Part shown: piece by piece, positions 1 through 12,572 of the stretch | How the letters are laid out: each line of letters begins with the position of its first letter | How positions within the stretch are numbered: position 1 is the stretch's first letter | Assembly: GCA_964016885.1 (NCBI GenBank) | Contig: OZ024747.1 | Span: 66,898,001-66,962,000 of the forward strand | DNA length: 64,000 bases | Source: Eledone cirrhosa | Taxonomy: Eukaryota | Direction of reading: 5' to 3' | Made by a program: the position numbers and the translations under genes | The notes under the pieces: model-generated | What the model was told of the DNA's origin: nothing | The model's database searches: none | What the model saw: only the letters and a program-made list of their open reading frames with translations

Positions 1-579
1 AATGAAAAAAGGGTAAAGACTACTGCAAAGAGACTCACAGCAGCAACACCATCAACACCATCACCACCCACACTAGCACCACCATCACCACCGGTGACAA
101 CCCCACCGCCAACAACAACAACACCTTCAACACCACCACCACAAGCACCAACATCGCAAACACAACAACAAAACACACACACCCAGCAACAAAGACAAGA
201 AAATAGCAGAACCACACCCCACCCCCAGAAAAACAAATGCACGGCAATAAATACATACAACAAGAAACTAATGACTTACATAATTGAACACATAGACATT
301 TCACAACACGACTACATAACACCAGCGCCAATCAAAACGCCAACTAACATAAGACTGCTAAAAATAGCACAGAAACAATACACAAACATTAAAACGAAAT
401 TCCCCAACGCTGTTGGTGATTTCAGAGACCTAGGAGGGACACTCAACCGAAGAGTATATTCGGACATACTCATAGAAGAGCCGACGACCAGCCGAAGGGA
501 CGATTCAACGGTCCCTTCACCAGACGATCAAGTGAAAAGGGATGGAACAACCATCCCTCCTCTACGAAAAGTACGGTAA
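1..579 (+). CDS. ORF1 C-terminal part of Tx1 copy A (partial)
   Basis: Translation matches the C-terminus of the 692-aa ORF1 at 4533-6611. Confidence 0.85.
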   Translation, partial: NEKRVKTTAKRLTAATPSTPSPPTLAPPSPPVTTPPPTTTTPSTPPPQAPTSQTQQQNTHTQQQRQENSRTTPHPQKNKCTAINTYNKKLMTYIIEHIDISQHDYITPAPIKTPTNIRLLKIAQKQYTNIKTKFPNAVGDFRDLGGTLNRRVYSDILIEEPTTSRRDDSTVPSPDDQVKRDGTTIPPLRKVR

Positions 580-614
580 GTGGTCTTTCCCATCTTTTCC
601 ACTCTATTTTAAAC

Positions 615-3600
615 ATGACCTCACTCAGAATAGGCAGCATAAATGCACGTGGCTTGGGGTCGTCATGGAAGCAGGGTCACCTGCTCAACTACCTCAGGTC
701 ACTAAACATAGATGTAGTGGCCATCAGCGAAACCACTGAATCTCCGAGGCACGGTCCTTCGCACCGATCTTCGGCGGCTACGATGTGCACGCATATCCCA
801 GTCGTCCTGGATCGGGGGAGGAGTTGCTGTGCTCTTTCGGAGAGGTTTGGATCTCGCCATACGGGCCATCTTCCTGGACCCAGAGGGTAAGCTGGTGGTG
901 CTGGACGTGACCAGCGGAGACGAGCAAGCTTTCAGGTTAGTGGCCGTCTATGCCCCGACAGGAGCAGGGCGGCCTGATTTCTTCCGGCGTCTGGAGACCT
1001 TTCTTGGAACGTCCCACTCTTTAGTGTTAGTGGGCGACTGGAACGGGATCTTAGATGCACGCTGGGACTGTGTGGGATTAGCGGATATGGGTGGAGGGTG
1101 TAAGAGCCTCACCGACCTGCTCAGACGTTTTGAACTGTCTGACAGGTACCGATTGGATCTCCCGAATGTGCCAATGTGGACTTGGACAAATCGCATAGGG
1201 TCATCCAGATCATATCTAGATAGAGTATTTTGTAGGGAAATAGATAGGTCTAGCATGGGCTGTCCACAATTCAAGATAGTCAGCTACACGGACCACAAAT
1301 TCGTGATTTGTGTGCTTGACTTAGATAGGCTTCATAGACGAGGACCCGGCTACTGGAAGCTAAACGCGTCCTTACCAGCGCGCAAGGCCTACAGAGACCG
1401 GATTAGCGAACAAGTTAAGCGGGCGTTGACGGGGACCATCGTCAACAACAAGTGGTGGTTTGCTCTGAAAAGAGCGATTAGAATGGAATCGATTAGGTTT
1501 AGTAAGGCTTTAGCAATAGAGAAAAATAGAGCAGAGGGAGAACTAGTTAGAAAATTAGACGAGGCGCTTAGCAAAGGCATTGCGACCGACGTGCTTGCGG
1601 CGAAATTGGCCCTTGACCAATTCTTCAATGCAAAGCACGAAGGCTGCGTTGTCAGAGCTGGGGTGCGTGCTCTCAGACACAAGGGGACGAAAGCCGTTAA
1701 ATGGGCCTGAGTGGCGGAGGCGCGTCCTGGCAACAAAGCCATGATTCGGTATTTGGTGGACCACGACGGGCGCATGCTACTCGATCCCGGGCAAATGTGT
1801 GAAGCTTTTCAGCGACACTTCGCTCAGCTCTTCGGGGGAAGAGGTGGGACGGGTCGAGGGATGGACTTTAGTGTCTACCTCGACGGACTGCCGAGGCTCT
1901 CGGCCACTGAGGCGGAGTGTTGCGAAAAGCCGATAACAGCCGCTGAAGTAAGGGAGGCAATGACTGGCTGCACAAGGGGTAAATCGCCTGGTATGGATGG
2001 TCTGCCCTATGAACTTTACGTACAGATGCCAGACTTGTTCGGAGGCCTCTTGGCGGACGTCTACTGCAACTGGCAACAGAACGGGAGAATTTCCAGTTCT
2101 GTGAGCCGAGGAGCGGTGGCACTGCTGAGAAAGGATCCGAACAAGGGGGATAACATAGATAATTTTAGGCCCATATCTCTGCTAAACACAGAGTTCAAGA
2201 TTTTGGCCAAGGTGCTAGCAAAGAGGTTGGGGCTTGTCGTTGGTGGTCTGGTGGGAGAGGCGCATAAATGCGCCATTCCCGACAGATCCATCCACGACAA
2301 CCTCCACCTCATGCGATACATCGTAGAGAGGGTAGCTAGGGAACCTGGCACGGGTGGGTCCTTGATCAATTTAGATCAGTCGAAAGCTTTCGATAGGGTC
2401 GACCATCGTTACCTAGCGGCAGTCCTGAGGGTGGCTGGCTTTGGGCCCGTCTTGAGAGGCTGGATCGCTGCCATGTACAGCGACATCTGCTCTGTGGTGA
2501 GAGTGAACGGTCACCTGTCGGAAACGTTCAACATCATGCGCTCGGTCCGCCAAGGATGTCCCCTCTCGTCCCTCTTGTACGTATTGACTCTCGAGCCATT
2601 ACTGCACAAACTGGAGACGTTGAGGGGCGTCCCGCGCGAACTAGGATGCGGAAGATCCGTGTCAGCATATGCGGACGATGTCACCGTAGTGGTGTCGAAC
2701 GCCAAACACATCGAGGCGATCGGCACTACACTAAGAGAATACGAAGCGGTGACAGGAGCAATGATCAACCAGGAAAAGTCAGTGGGCCTGCAGCTCGGCG
2801 CCTGGAGAGGCAGGTCCATGCCGTCCAACAGCGTCGTCGGACGCTGGACGGACGGACCGGTTAAATTGCTAGGGGTCTGGTTCGGTCCGGACCTCCAGAC
2901 GGACAAAAACTGGGACGAGGTGACGAGCAGGGTGGCTTTTCTCACCCAGAAATGGGCGGAGAGGAAGCTATCCCTGAAAGGTCGAGCGGAGGTGGCTAAC
3001 GCGTACATCGCGTCTGTCATCTGCTACCGCCTGACCGTCGTACCTTGTCCTAAGCCCCGCCTGACTGCGCTGGAGCGTTTGCTCTTTCGCTTTTTGTGGA
3101 AGGGACGCGCTCCGATGGTCAGGCGGTCCATCTGTTGTCAACACCCGCTACGTGGAGGTCTAGGAATACCGTGGCTGATAATGCGCAGACACGCGCTCAG
3201 GCTACGATATCTCCACCTCTTCCTCGACGGTGATCAGGTGTGGTCGCAGTTTGCTAGACACGTATTTCCCCAGCTCGTTTCCTTGACGGAGCTGCAGTCC
3301 TGGGTCAAGCGAAGACCGAGAGGGAGCGCCTGGAGACTGGAATGTCTTCAGGCGCTCACAGCCCTCGACCAATCGGGCAATGTGATCGGTGGAAACTCCA
3401 CCTCGGCGTTCTATAGAGGATTAGTGGAGGGGAAGAGCGACGACGTACTTGGGGAAGCTCTAGGCGTCGACGAAAATCAACTAGCCAATCTCTTCGGAAG
3501 AACTTTCGGGCGGGGACCTATGGACAACTTCCAGAAATCTCTGGCCTGGCAGTGCTACCGAGAAGCCTTGCCAGTTCGGGATAAACTCTACAGGTATGGA

Positions 3601-4035
3601 GGTGCCCTCAATCGGGCATGTCCGAGATGCGCGCAGGGCGACGAAACCGTCCTGCACGCACTCGTCCAGTGTCCGAAAATTGCTGACTTGTGGGTTTATG
3701 TCGAACACCTGCTGTCGCGTGTAGGACGGATCCGGCTATCATCTGAGTCCATCGTGAGGATTGCCCCGCCCTCTTCCTTTAGCCGGGAAGCGCAGGCAGT
3801 TTTTATCTGTCTGGTGGCCATGGCGAAAGAGATAGTATGGTGGTCACGTTTGAAAGGGCTGAAGACGAGCACTTACCTCTTCGGTGATGCCCTGATTAAT
3901 TTTTTCAAATTTCATTTGAAAAGGAAAATCAGGGTAGAGAGGGAAGTGCTCTCTTCCCAGCATTTTGTTGAAAGATGGGTGAGATAAGCAAGAATGGCCC
4001 GAGTGAATGGGCCTACTCTGAGTACGTATCTGTAA
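615..4035 (+). pseudogene. ORF2 (APE endonuclease, reverse transcriptase, zinc finger) of Tx1 copy A, disrupted
   Basis: SINARGL, ISET, GDWN, TDH, QGCPLS, YADD and CPRC..HALVQC motifs; frameshifts near 736 and 815; stops at 1708 (CGA>TGA) and 3985 (GAA>TAA) relative to copy B. Confidence 0.92.
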
Positions 4036-4285
4036 ATTAAAGGTGGAAAACTGGGAGAGCGCACTTGCCTTGGTGGTCAGGGTCACTGTGGCTTTTTACT
4101 AGGCTTTCTCCACAAATGTCCCTCCGAAGTCTCCCCCCTATTCGGGAATTTTTCATTGTTATTTTTTTGTTACATCCTCTGTTTTTGTTTTTTTACACGC
4201 AGAAATACCCATTTGTACCGTCCTGTATTGTCCTGCACTGTCCTTAATGTCTACTTTATGTAAACCCTTGTGGTTAATAAAGAAA

Positions 4286-4317
<32 letters not shown>

Positions 4318-4532
4318 GAATGCCATGGTTGACGGAGGCTCGGCTCTGTAAGGTATAGTAATTTTTAACCGTTAAAACAATTGTAAATTGTTTCAAACTT
4401 GAACCAAATTGTTGATAAAGACACCCTCCTCCTCGTGAGAGGGGTCTTTCTGTCTGTTATTTGGCCCTTCGGGGTTAAATAACCAGTTATTGGGGTTTTG
4501 TACCCAAAATTTCATTTTAAACAAAAAACAAC

Positions 4533-6611
4533 ATGGCTACGAAAAAGAAATTTCATACGTCACTCCCACTCATTCCGTCTTCTTCTTCCTCAATCATCAC
4601 TACAGCAGAGAGAAGATTGTCTCTCTCCCTCCCTTCTTTAAATGTGTCTCTCTCCCTCCCTTCTCTTTCGCAAGTGACGAAAGAAAAGAAAAGTCTCGTG
4701 CAAAGCGTGCAAGGTTTCTCCACGACGACGACGACAGCGACGAAACAGGTGTGCGGGAAATACGAAAACCCAGTTCATTCGTCTGACGTCAGGAATAATA
4801 GCAGTAGCAGCCGTAATAACAACAGCAACAGTGACAATGAAAACAACAGTAGCAGCCGCAACAGCATCACCAGCAGCATAAACAACAACAGCATTAGCAG
4901 CAGCAACACCAACAACAACCACAGCAACAGCGGCGGAGGCAGCAGTCGTAGTACCTGCAGCAACAACAAAAGTACCAGCAGCTCTGACGACAACAACAAC
5001 AGCAGAGAAAAACCAATCTCATTTGCAGGTATTGCGAAAAACTTGGAAACAATCCTCATAACAAATGAGGAATTAGAGGAAGCGAAGAAGATGGTGACAA
5101 AGAACGGACACCGAGCAATCTGCAAGGCAGCGGAAAAATTTTTCGAAACCCAAGAGCACTGTACGGTCACGTACCGTACAGTAAGTACAAAATCCCGTAG
5201 GGTGGAAAGAGCCACAGAGGCCCAAATACAAAAAGCCTTGGGGTCTGTGTGGCAGCGGAAAACGCACATCACCCGAGGCAAAAAATATGCCACCGTAGAC
5301 GTACTTTTTGCCACACCCCAGGAGGCAAAGGCCCAATCAGTAGTGACCCTAAGGAGCGAGGAAATGGTGTTGGTGCCCTCCTACTGCGGGCAAAAAATTG
5401 TGAGGGTCAAACTGACCCACGTCCCACCCGGAATGACCCCTTCTTGGCTGGCCGCGTCTGTCCTCGTCGGAATCGAGGACAAAACAACTGTACTGCAAGT
5501 ACAGAAAAAAGTAAGAGAAGATTGGGTCGGCTCCTCCATTGAGATGCTAATCCAAACCAACCAGGAGTGCATCGAAGCTATCCCGGATGTGATAGACTTC
5601 GATAACGGCATTCAACTGCCCATAAGTGTTGAGGGCAAACGCCCGAAATGCTTTCGCTGTGGATCGAAGACTCACCTCAGGGCCTTCTGCAACGAGAAGA
5701 CCCTGAGAAAGGAGAAAACCCCCCTCCTTCCGAATCCGGCTCCACGGCTACCAGCAACAGGACAAGCGGCAACCAGGAACGATAGGTCCGTGGCACCCAT
5801 ACCCACTCCACGGAAATCAAAAACAGCAGCAGCAGTGGAAATATTAACAACAACAACAGCAATACCAAATGCAGCTGCAACAGAGACTCCAGTGCAAACA
5901 TCACCAACAACAAGTGAAAGAGTGGAGCTGGTACCCCTCCCCGACCTCACAGAATCAGACATGGAGTGTGAGGTGGGAGAGGGATGGCAAAAGGTCGTAA
6001 GAAGGCACAAACGCAGAAGCAGCGCATCGTCGCCTTTGAAAAGGGAGGAAAGAAATGAGAAAAGGGTAAAGTCTACTGCAAAGAGACCCACAGCAGCAAC
6101 AACACCAACACCATCACCACCCACACTAGCACCACCATCACCACCGCCAACAACACCTTTAACACCACCACCACAAGCACCAACATCGCAAACACAACAA
6201 CAAAACACACACACCCAGCAACAACGACAAGAAAATAGTAGAACCACACCCCACCCCCAGAAAAACAAATGCACGGCAATAAATACACACAACAAGAAAC
6301 TAATGACTTACATAATTGAACACACAGACATTTCACAACAGGACTACATAATACCAGCACCAATCAAAACGCCAACTAACATAAGACTGCTAAAAATAGC
6401 ACAGAAACAATACACAAACATTAAAACGAAATTCCCCAACGCAGTTGGTGATTTCAGGGACCTAGGAGGAACCATCAATCGAAGAGTATACTCAGACATT
6501 CTCTTAGAAGAGCCGACGACCAGCCGAAGGGACGATTCAACGGTCCCTTCACCAGACGATCAAGTGAAAAGGGATGTAAAAACCATCCCTCCTCTACCAA
6601 AAGTACGGTAA
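4533..6611 (+). CDS. ORF1 gag-like nucleic-acid-binding protein (692 aa)
   Basis: Intact ORF with CX2CX4HX4C knuckle (CFRCGSKTHLRAFC), S/N-rich N-terminus, basic and P/T-rich C-terminal region; lies upstream of ORF2. Confidence 0.9.
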   Translation: MATKKKFHTSLPLIPSSSSSIITTAERRLSLSLPSLNVSLSLPSLSQVTKEKKSLVQSVQGFSTTTTTATKQVCGKYENPVHSSDVRNNSSSSRNNNSNSDNENNSSSRNSITSSINNNSISSSNTNNNHSNSGGGSSRSTCSNNKSTSSSDDNNNSREKPISFAGIAKNLETILITNEELEEAKKMVTKNGHRAICKAAEKFFETQEHCTVTYRTVSTKSRRVERATEAQIQKALGSVWQRKTHITRGKKYATVDVLFATPQEAKAQSVVTLRSEEMVLVPSYCGQKIVRVKLTHVPPGMTPSWLAASVLVGIEDKTTVLQVQKKVREDWVGSSIEMLIQTNQECIEAIPDVIDFDNGIQLPISVEGKRPKCFRCGSKTHLRAFCNEKTLRKEKTPLLPNPAPRLPATGQAATRNDRSVAPIPTPRKSKTAAAVEILTTTTAIPNAAATETPVQTSPTTSERVELVPLPDLTESDMECEVGEGWQKVVRRHKRRSSASSPLKREERNEKRVKSTAKRPTAATTPTPSPPTLAPPSPPPTTPLTPPPQAPTSQTQQQNTHTQQQRQENSRTTPHPQKNKCTAINTHNKKLMTYIIEHTDISQQDYIIPAPIKTPTNIRLLKIAQKQYTNIKTKFPNAVGDFRDLGGTINRRVYSDILLEEPTTSRRDDSTVPSPDDQVKRDVKTIPPLPKVR

Positions 6612-6646
6612 GTGGTCTTTCCCATCTTTTCCACTCTATTTTAAAC

Positions 6647-9600
6647 ATGACCTCACTCAGAATAGGCAGCATAAATGCGCGTGGCTTGGGGTCGTCATGG
6701 AAGCAGGGTCACCTGCTCAACGACCTCAGGTCACTAAACATAGATGTAGTGGCCATCAGCGAGACCACTGAATCTCCGAAGCACGGGCCTTCGCACCGAT
6801 CTTCGGCGGCTACGATGTGTACGCATCTCCCAGCCGTCCTGGATCGGGTGGAGGAGTTGCTGTGCTTTTTCGGAGAGGTTTGGATCTCGCCATACGGGCC
6901 ATCTTCCTGGACCCAGAGGGTAAGCTGGTGGTGCTGGACGTGACCAGCGGAGACGTGCAAGCTTTCAGGCTAGTGGCCGTCTATGCCCCGACAAGAGCAG
7001 GGCGGCCTGATTTCTTCCGGCGTCTGGAGACCTTTCTTGGAACGTCCCGCTCTTTAGTGTTAGTGGGCGACTGGAACGGGATCTTAGATGCACGCTGGGA
7101 CTGTGTGGGATTAGCGGATAGGGGTGGAGGGTGCAAGAGCCTCACCAACCTGCTCAGGCGTTTTGAACTGTCTGACAGGTACCGATTGGATTTCCCGAAT
7201 GTGCCAATGTGGACTTGGACAAACCGCATAGGGTCATCCAGATCATATCTAGATAGAGTAATTTGTAGGGAAATAGATAGGTCTAGCATAGACTGTCCAC
7301 AATTCAAGATAGTCAGCTACACGGACCACAAATTCGTGACCTGTGTGCTTGACTTAGATAGGCTTCATAGACGAGGACCCGGCTACTGGAAGCTAAACGC
7401 GTCCTTACCAGCGCGCAAGGCCTACAGAGACCGGATTAGCGAACTAGTTAAGCGGGCGTTGACGGGGGCCATCGTCAACAACAAGTGGTGGTTTGCTCTG
7501 AAAAGAGCGATTAGAATAGAATCGATTAGGTTTAGTAAGACTTTAGCAATAGAGAAAAATAGAGCAGAGGGAGAACTAGTTAAAAAATTAGACGAGGCGC
7601 TTAGCAAAGGCATTGCGACCGACGTGCTTGCGGCGAAATTGGCCCTTGACCAATTCTTCAATGCAAAGCACGAAGGCTGCGTTGTCAGAGCTAGGGTGCG
7701 TGCTCTCAGACACGAGGGGACGAAAGCCGTTCAATGGGCCCGAGTGGCGGAGGCGCGTCGTGGCAACAAAGCCACGATCCGGTCTTTGGTGGACCACGAC
7801 GGGCGCATGCTACTCGATCCCGGGCAAATGTGTGAAGCTTTTCAGCGACACTTCGCTCAGCTGTTCGGGGGCAGCGGGGGGCCGGGTAGAGGGATGGACT
7901 TTAGTGTCTACCTCGACGGACTGCCGCGGCTCTCGGCCACTGAGGCGAAGTGTTGCGAAAAGCCGATAACAGCCGCTGAAGTAAGGGAGGCAATGACTGG
8001 CTGCACAAGGGGTAAATCGCCTGGTTTGGATGGTCTGCCCTATGAACTTTACGTACAGATGCCAGACTTGTTCGGAGGCCTCTTGGCGGACGTCTACTGC
8101 AACTGGCAACAGAACGGGAGAATTCCCAGTTCTGTGAGCCGAGGAGCGGTGGCACTGCTGAGAAAGGATCCGAACAAGGGGGATAACATAGACAATTTCC
8201 GGCCCATAACTCTGCTAAACACAGAGTTTAAGATTTTGGCCAAGGTGCTAGCAAAGAGGTTGGCGCTTGTCGTTGGTGGTCTGGTGGGAGAGGCGCAGAC
8301 GTGCGCCATTCCCGACAGATCCATCCACGACAACCTCCACCTCATGCGATACATCGTAGAGAGGGTAGCTAGGGAACCTGGCACGGGTGGGTCCTTGATC
8401 AATTTAGATCAGTCGAAAGCTTTCGATAGGGTCGACCATCGTTACCTAGCGGTCGTCCTGAGGGCGGCTGGCTTTGGGCCCGTCTTCAGAGGCTGGATCG
8501 CTGCCATGCACAGCGACATCTGCTCTGTGGTGAGAGTGAACGGTCACCTGTCGGAACCGTTCAACATCATGCGCTCGGTCCGCCAAGGATGTCCCCTCTC
8601 GTCCCTCTTGTACGTATTGACGCTCGAACCATTACTGCACAAACTGGAGACGTTGAGGGGAGTCCCGCGCGAACTAGGATGCGGAAGATCCGTGTCAGCA
8701 TATGCGGACGATGTCACCGTAGTGGTGTCGAACGCCAAACACATCGAGGCGATCGGCACTACACTAAGAGAATACGAAGCGGTGACAGGAGCAATGATCA
8801 ACCAGGAAAAGTCAGTGGGCCTGCAGCTCGGCACCTGGAGAGGCAGGTCCATGCCGTCCAACAGCGTCGTCGGGCGCTGGACGGACGGACCGGTTAAATT
8901 GCTAGGGGTCTGGTTCGGTCCGGACCTCCAGACGGACAAAAACTGGGACGAGGTGACGAGCAGGGTGGCGTCTCTCACCCAGAAATGGGCGGAGAGGAAG
9001 CTATCCCTGAAAGGTCGAGCGGAGGTGGCTAACGCGTACATCGCGTCTGTCATCTGCTACCGCCTAACCGTCGTACCTTGTCCTAAGCCTCGCCTGACTG
9101 CGCTGGAGCGTTTGCTCTTTCGCTTTTTGTGGAAGGGACGTGCTCCGATGGTCAGGCGGTTCATCTGTTGTCAACACCCGCTACGTGGAGGGCTGGGCAT
9201 GCCGTGGCTGATGATGCGCAGGCACGCGCTCAGGCTACGACATCTCCACCTCTTCCTCGACGGTGATCAGGTGTGGTCGCCGTTTGCTAGACGCGTTTTT
9301 CCCCAGCTCGTTTCCTTGACGGAGCTGCAGTCCTGGGTCAAGCGAAGACCGAGAGGGAGCGCCTGGAGACTGGAACGTCTTCAGGCGCTCACAGCCCTCG
9401 GCCAATCGGGCAATGTGATCGGTGGAAACTCCACCTCGGCGTTCTATAGAGGATTAGTGGAGGGGAAGAGCGACGACGTACTTGGGGAAACTCTAGGCGT
9501 CGACGAAAATCAACTAGCCAATCTCTTCGGAAGAACTTTCGGGCCAGGGCCTATGGACAACTTCCAGAAATCTCTGGCCTGGCAGTGCTACCGAGGAGCC

Positions 9601-10068
9601 TTGCCAGTTCGGGATAAACTCTACAGGCATGGAGGTGCCGTCAGCCGGGCATGTCCGAGATGCGCGCAGGGCGACGAAACCGTCCTGCACGCACTCGTCC
9701 AGTGTCCGAAAATTGCTGACTTGTGGGTTTATGTCGAACACCTGCTGTCGCGTTTAGGACGGATCCAGCTATCATCTGAGTCTATCGTGAGGATTGCCCC
9801 GCCCTCCTCCTTTAGCCGGGAAGGGCAGGCAGTTTTTATCTGTCTGGTGGCCATGGCGAAAGAGATAGTATGGTGGACACGTTTGAAAGGGCTGAAGACG
9901 AGCACTTACCTCTTCGGTGATGCTCTGATTGACTTTTTCAAATTTCATTTGAAAAGGAAAATCAGAGTAGAGAGGGAAGTGCTCTCTTCCCAGCATTTTG
10001 TTGAAAGATGGGTGAGAGAAGCAAGAATGGCCCGAGTGAATGGGCCGACTCTGAGTATATATCTGTAA
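6647..10068 (+). CDS. ORF2 APE endonuclease + RT + CCHC, with a single frameshift after ISET (about 6768)
   Basis: MTSLRIGSINARGL..ISET in one frame; remaining endonuclease, RT (LDQSKAFDRV, QGCPLS, YADD) and CPRC-X8-HALVQC in a long open frame to 10068. Confidence 0.9.
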
Positions 10069-10316
10069 ACTAAAGGTGGAAAACTGGGAGAGGGCACTTG
10101 CCTTGGTGGTCAGGGTCATTGTGGCTTTTTACTGGGCTTTCTCCACAAATGTCCCTCCGAAGTCTCCCCCCTATTGGGGAATTTTTCATTGTTATTTTTT
10201 GTTACATCCTCTGTTTTTGTTTTTTACACGCAGAAATGCCCATTTGTACCGTCCTGCATTGTCCTGCACTGTCCTTAATGTCTACTTTATGTAAACCCTT
10301 GTGGTTAATAAAGAAA

Positions 10317-10318
<2 letters not shown>

Positions 10319-10362
<44 letters not shown>

Positions 10363-10369
10363 CATCAGC

Positions 10370-10441
<72 letters not shown>
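10319..10441. repeat. (ATT)n followed by (AGT)n trinucleotide microsatellite
   Basis: Directly visible. Confidence 0.95.
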
Positions 10442-10442
<1 letters not shown>

Positions 10443-10619
10443 TCGTATACACGAAAGCTTTCATCTAGGAACTCAATTATTCAATTGCATATCGATTGAT
10501 CTCATCTCAACTATCATGTTTATTGGAAATTATATACAAATGCATATACATTCATTCATACATACATACATACATACATACATACACGTTTGTGTGTGAG
10601 TGTCTGTGTGTGTGTTTGC

Positions 10620-10662
<43 letters not shown>

Positions 10663-10941
10663 AGCGTGTGTGTGAGTGGGTATGTGCTTGAAAGTATGCG
10701 TATATTGCCTCATGCTTTTAGTAGTATATTTAAAGATTATATAGTGATAATGATGTTTTAAAAGTATTAGTATAAATATGTCGTTACATACACGTGCGCA
10801 CACATACACATAAATATACAGACGCACACACACACGCATTATACATATACACATATATAAATATATATTGGCTCGTCAAGTATGAAATTTGTAGAAATAT
10901 ATACCTTTTCTAGAAATTTCTAGAAATTTCATACTTGACGA

Positions 10942-10984
<43 letters not shown>

Positions 10985-11283
10985 AAGTCTTAGCTCTAAC
11001 ATAAACATTTAGTTCATGATTGGCCTGGTTTTTACTAATGTAATTTGTACGAGTTTGGAATCCGACGGTTTTGTCCACTAGATGCTTTGTTTTCCAAGTT
11101 ACTTGTCTAGACATAGGACATTCGATGATTCGTTTGTTCTCTATATATATGTATGGTATATACGTGTGGTATAGGTCCATGTATATTTAGGATAGTTATC
11201 GAGGGTAAATAGATTGGTTCGAGCAATAACGGTCTTGTTTACACACACGCACACACACCCACTAGCACGCACACAGGCACGCA

Positions 11284-11520
<237 letters not shown>

Positions 11521-11745
11521 TATATATATGTGTACAGAAATTAAATGTTAGAGAAAACGATACCAAATTCTTGAACAAATATATATAATGGCTGACAATT
11601 GTTTCGGGAACCATCAGTATTCTGCACATACTTGCTTCCCCCTTTCTTCATAGTTATGCCCCTTGTTATACCTACTTCCAGTTTCATATTTTCTCCATTC
11701 TTTTTTTAGACGGTTAAACTTTTAGGATTTATAATGTATTATTGT

Positions 11746-11930
11746 TTGGCAGTATCGGTAGAGGGTCGGACAACATGCCTTGTAGCACAGAGTTACGCCC
11801 CTTTCTGATCTGAGTTCAAATCCTGCCGAGGTTAACTTTGCCTTTCATCCTTACGGGGTCGATAAAATAAAGTACCAGTAATGCACTGGGTAATTGCTGG
11901 CCTTGTGCCAAAAGTAGAAACAATTATTAT
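11746..11930 (+). mobile_element. tRNA-derived SINE with Nin/Deu central domain
   Basis: TGGCAGTATCGG A-box-like, GAGTTCAAATCC B box, GCCTTTCATCCTTACGGGGTCGATAAAATAAAGTACCAG domain, AT-rich tail; same family as 40593-42733. Confidence 0.8.
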
Positions 11931-12405
11931 CTTACTTACATCTCTAATATGTGGACAGGTATTCTTCAAGTTTTACATTTATTGAAGTCTCTAGTTTCAG
12001 TGACAGGTAGTTTTGAATTTGTATGTTTATATGAGGTCACCATATCAAACTTTTCTTTTTATTATCATTTACTATTAACGATTTTATAATCGATAATTAT
12101 CATCTTTATATGCAGAATACTGATATGGCTTCCGAAACAATTGTCAGCCATTAAATATATTTGTTCAAGAATTTGATATTGCTTTCTCTAACATTTTATT
12201 TCTGTATTAAAGCTCTGCTTGTACAATTTTTTACTTGACATTATTTCTCTGGCTTACTCACATTGTTCGCTTGTCTTACATCTAATACGTATTGAGCACA
12301 CTGTCCCCCTCACTACTGGCATATATTTCTCAGAACTAATCACTTATTTCTCCTCTTCGATTAGTTTGTATGCATAATTTACACACACACACACACACAC
12401 ACACT

Positions 12406-12468
<63 letters not shown>

Positions 12469-12512
12469 AAGTTAAATAAAAGTCAAATGATTAAAATTTA
12501 GCTTCGTTTATT

Positions 12513-12567
12513 ACTGCTATATATATTTCAGTGACAGCCATCTTTGGCTGTGACCTCTTCAGGCAGT
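12513..12567 (-). ncRNA. Type I hammerhead ribozyme
   Basis: actgc-CTGAAGA-ggtcacagcca..tggctgtcact-GAAA-tatata-TA-gcagt; paired stems I and II, palindromic stem III. Confidence 0.85.
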
Positions 12568-12572
12568 TTGAA

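Larger units (their letters stand above)
1..4317 (+). mobile_element. Tx1/L1-clade non-LTR retrotransposon, copy A (5' part outside window, ORF2 decayed)
   Basis: ORF1 C-terminus, APE endonuclease-RT-CCHC ORF2, 3' UTR with AATAAA and (ATT)n tail; collinear with and highly similar to copy B. Confidence 0.93.
4318..10363 (+). mobile_element. Tx1/L1-clade non-LTR retrotransposon, copy B, apparently full length
   Basis: Starts directly after the (ATT)n tail of copy A; about 215-bp 5' UTR, ORF1, 35-bp spacer, ORF2, 3' UTR, AATAAA, (ATT)n tail. Confidence 0.93.

Noticed and set aside
4418-4450. HDV-like ribozyme in the Tx1 5' UTR (TCCTCGT loop)
   Set aside because: Could not build P1, P1.1 and P2; the sequence folds as a simple hairpin
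948-10119. Antisense and alternate-frame ORFs over the Tx1 copies
   Set aside because: Shadow ORFs of GC-rich coding sequence with no motifs
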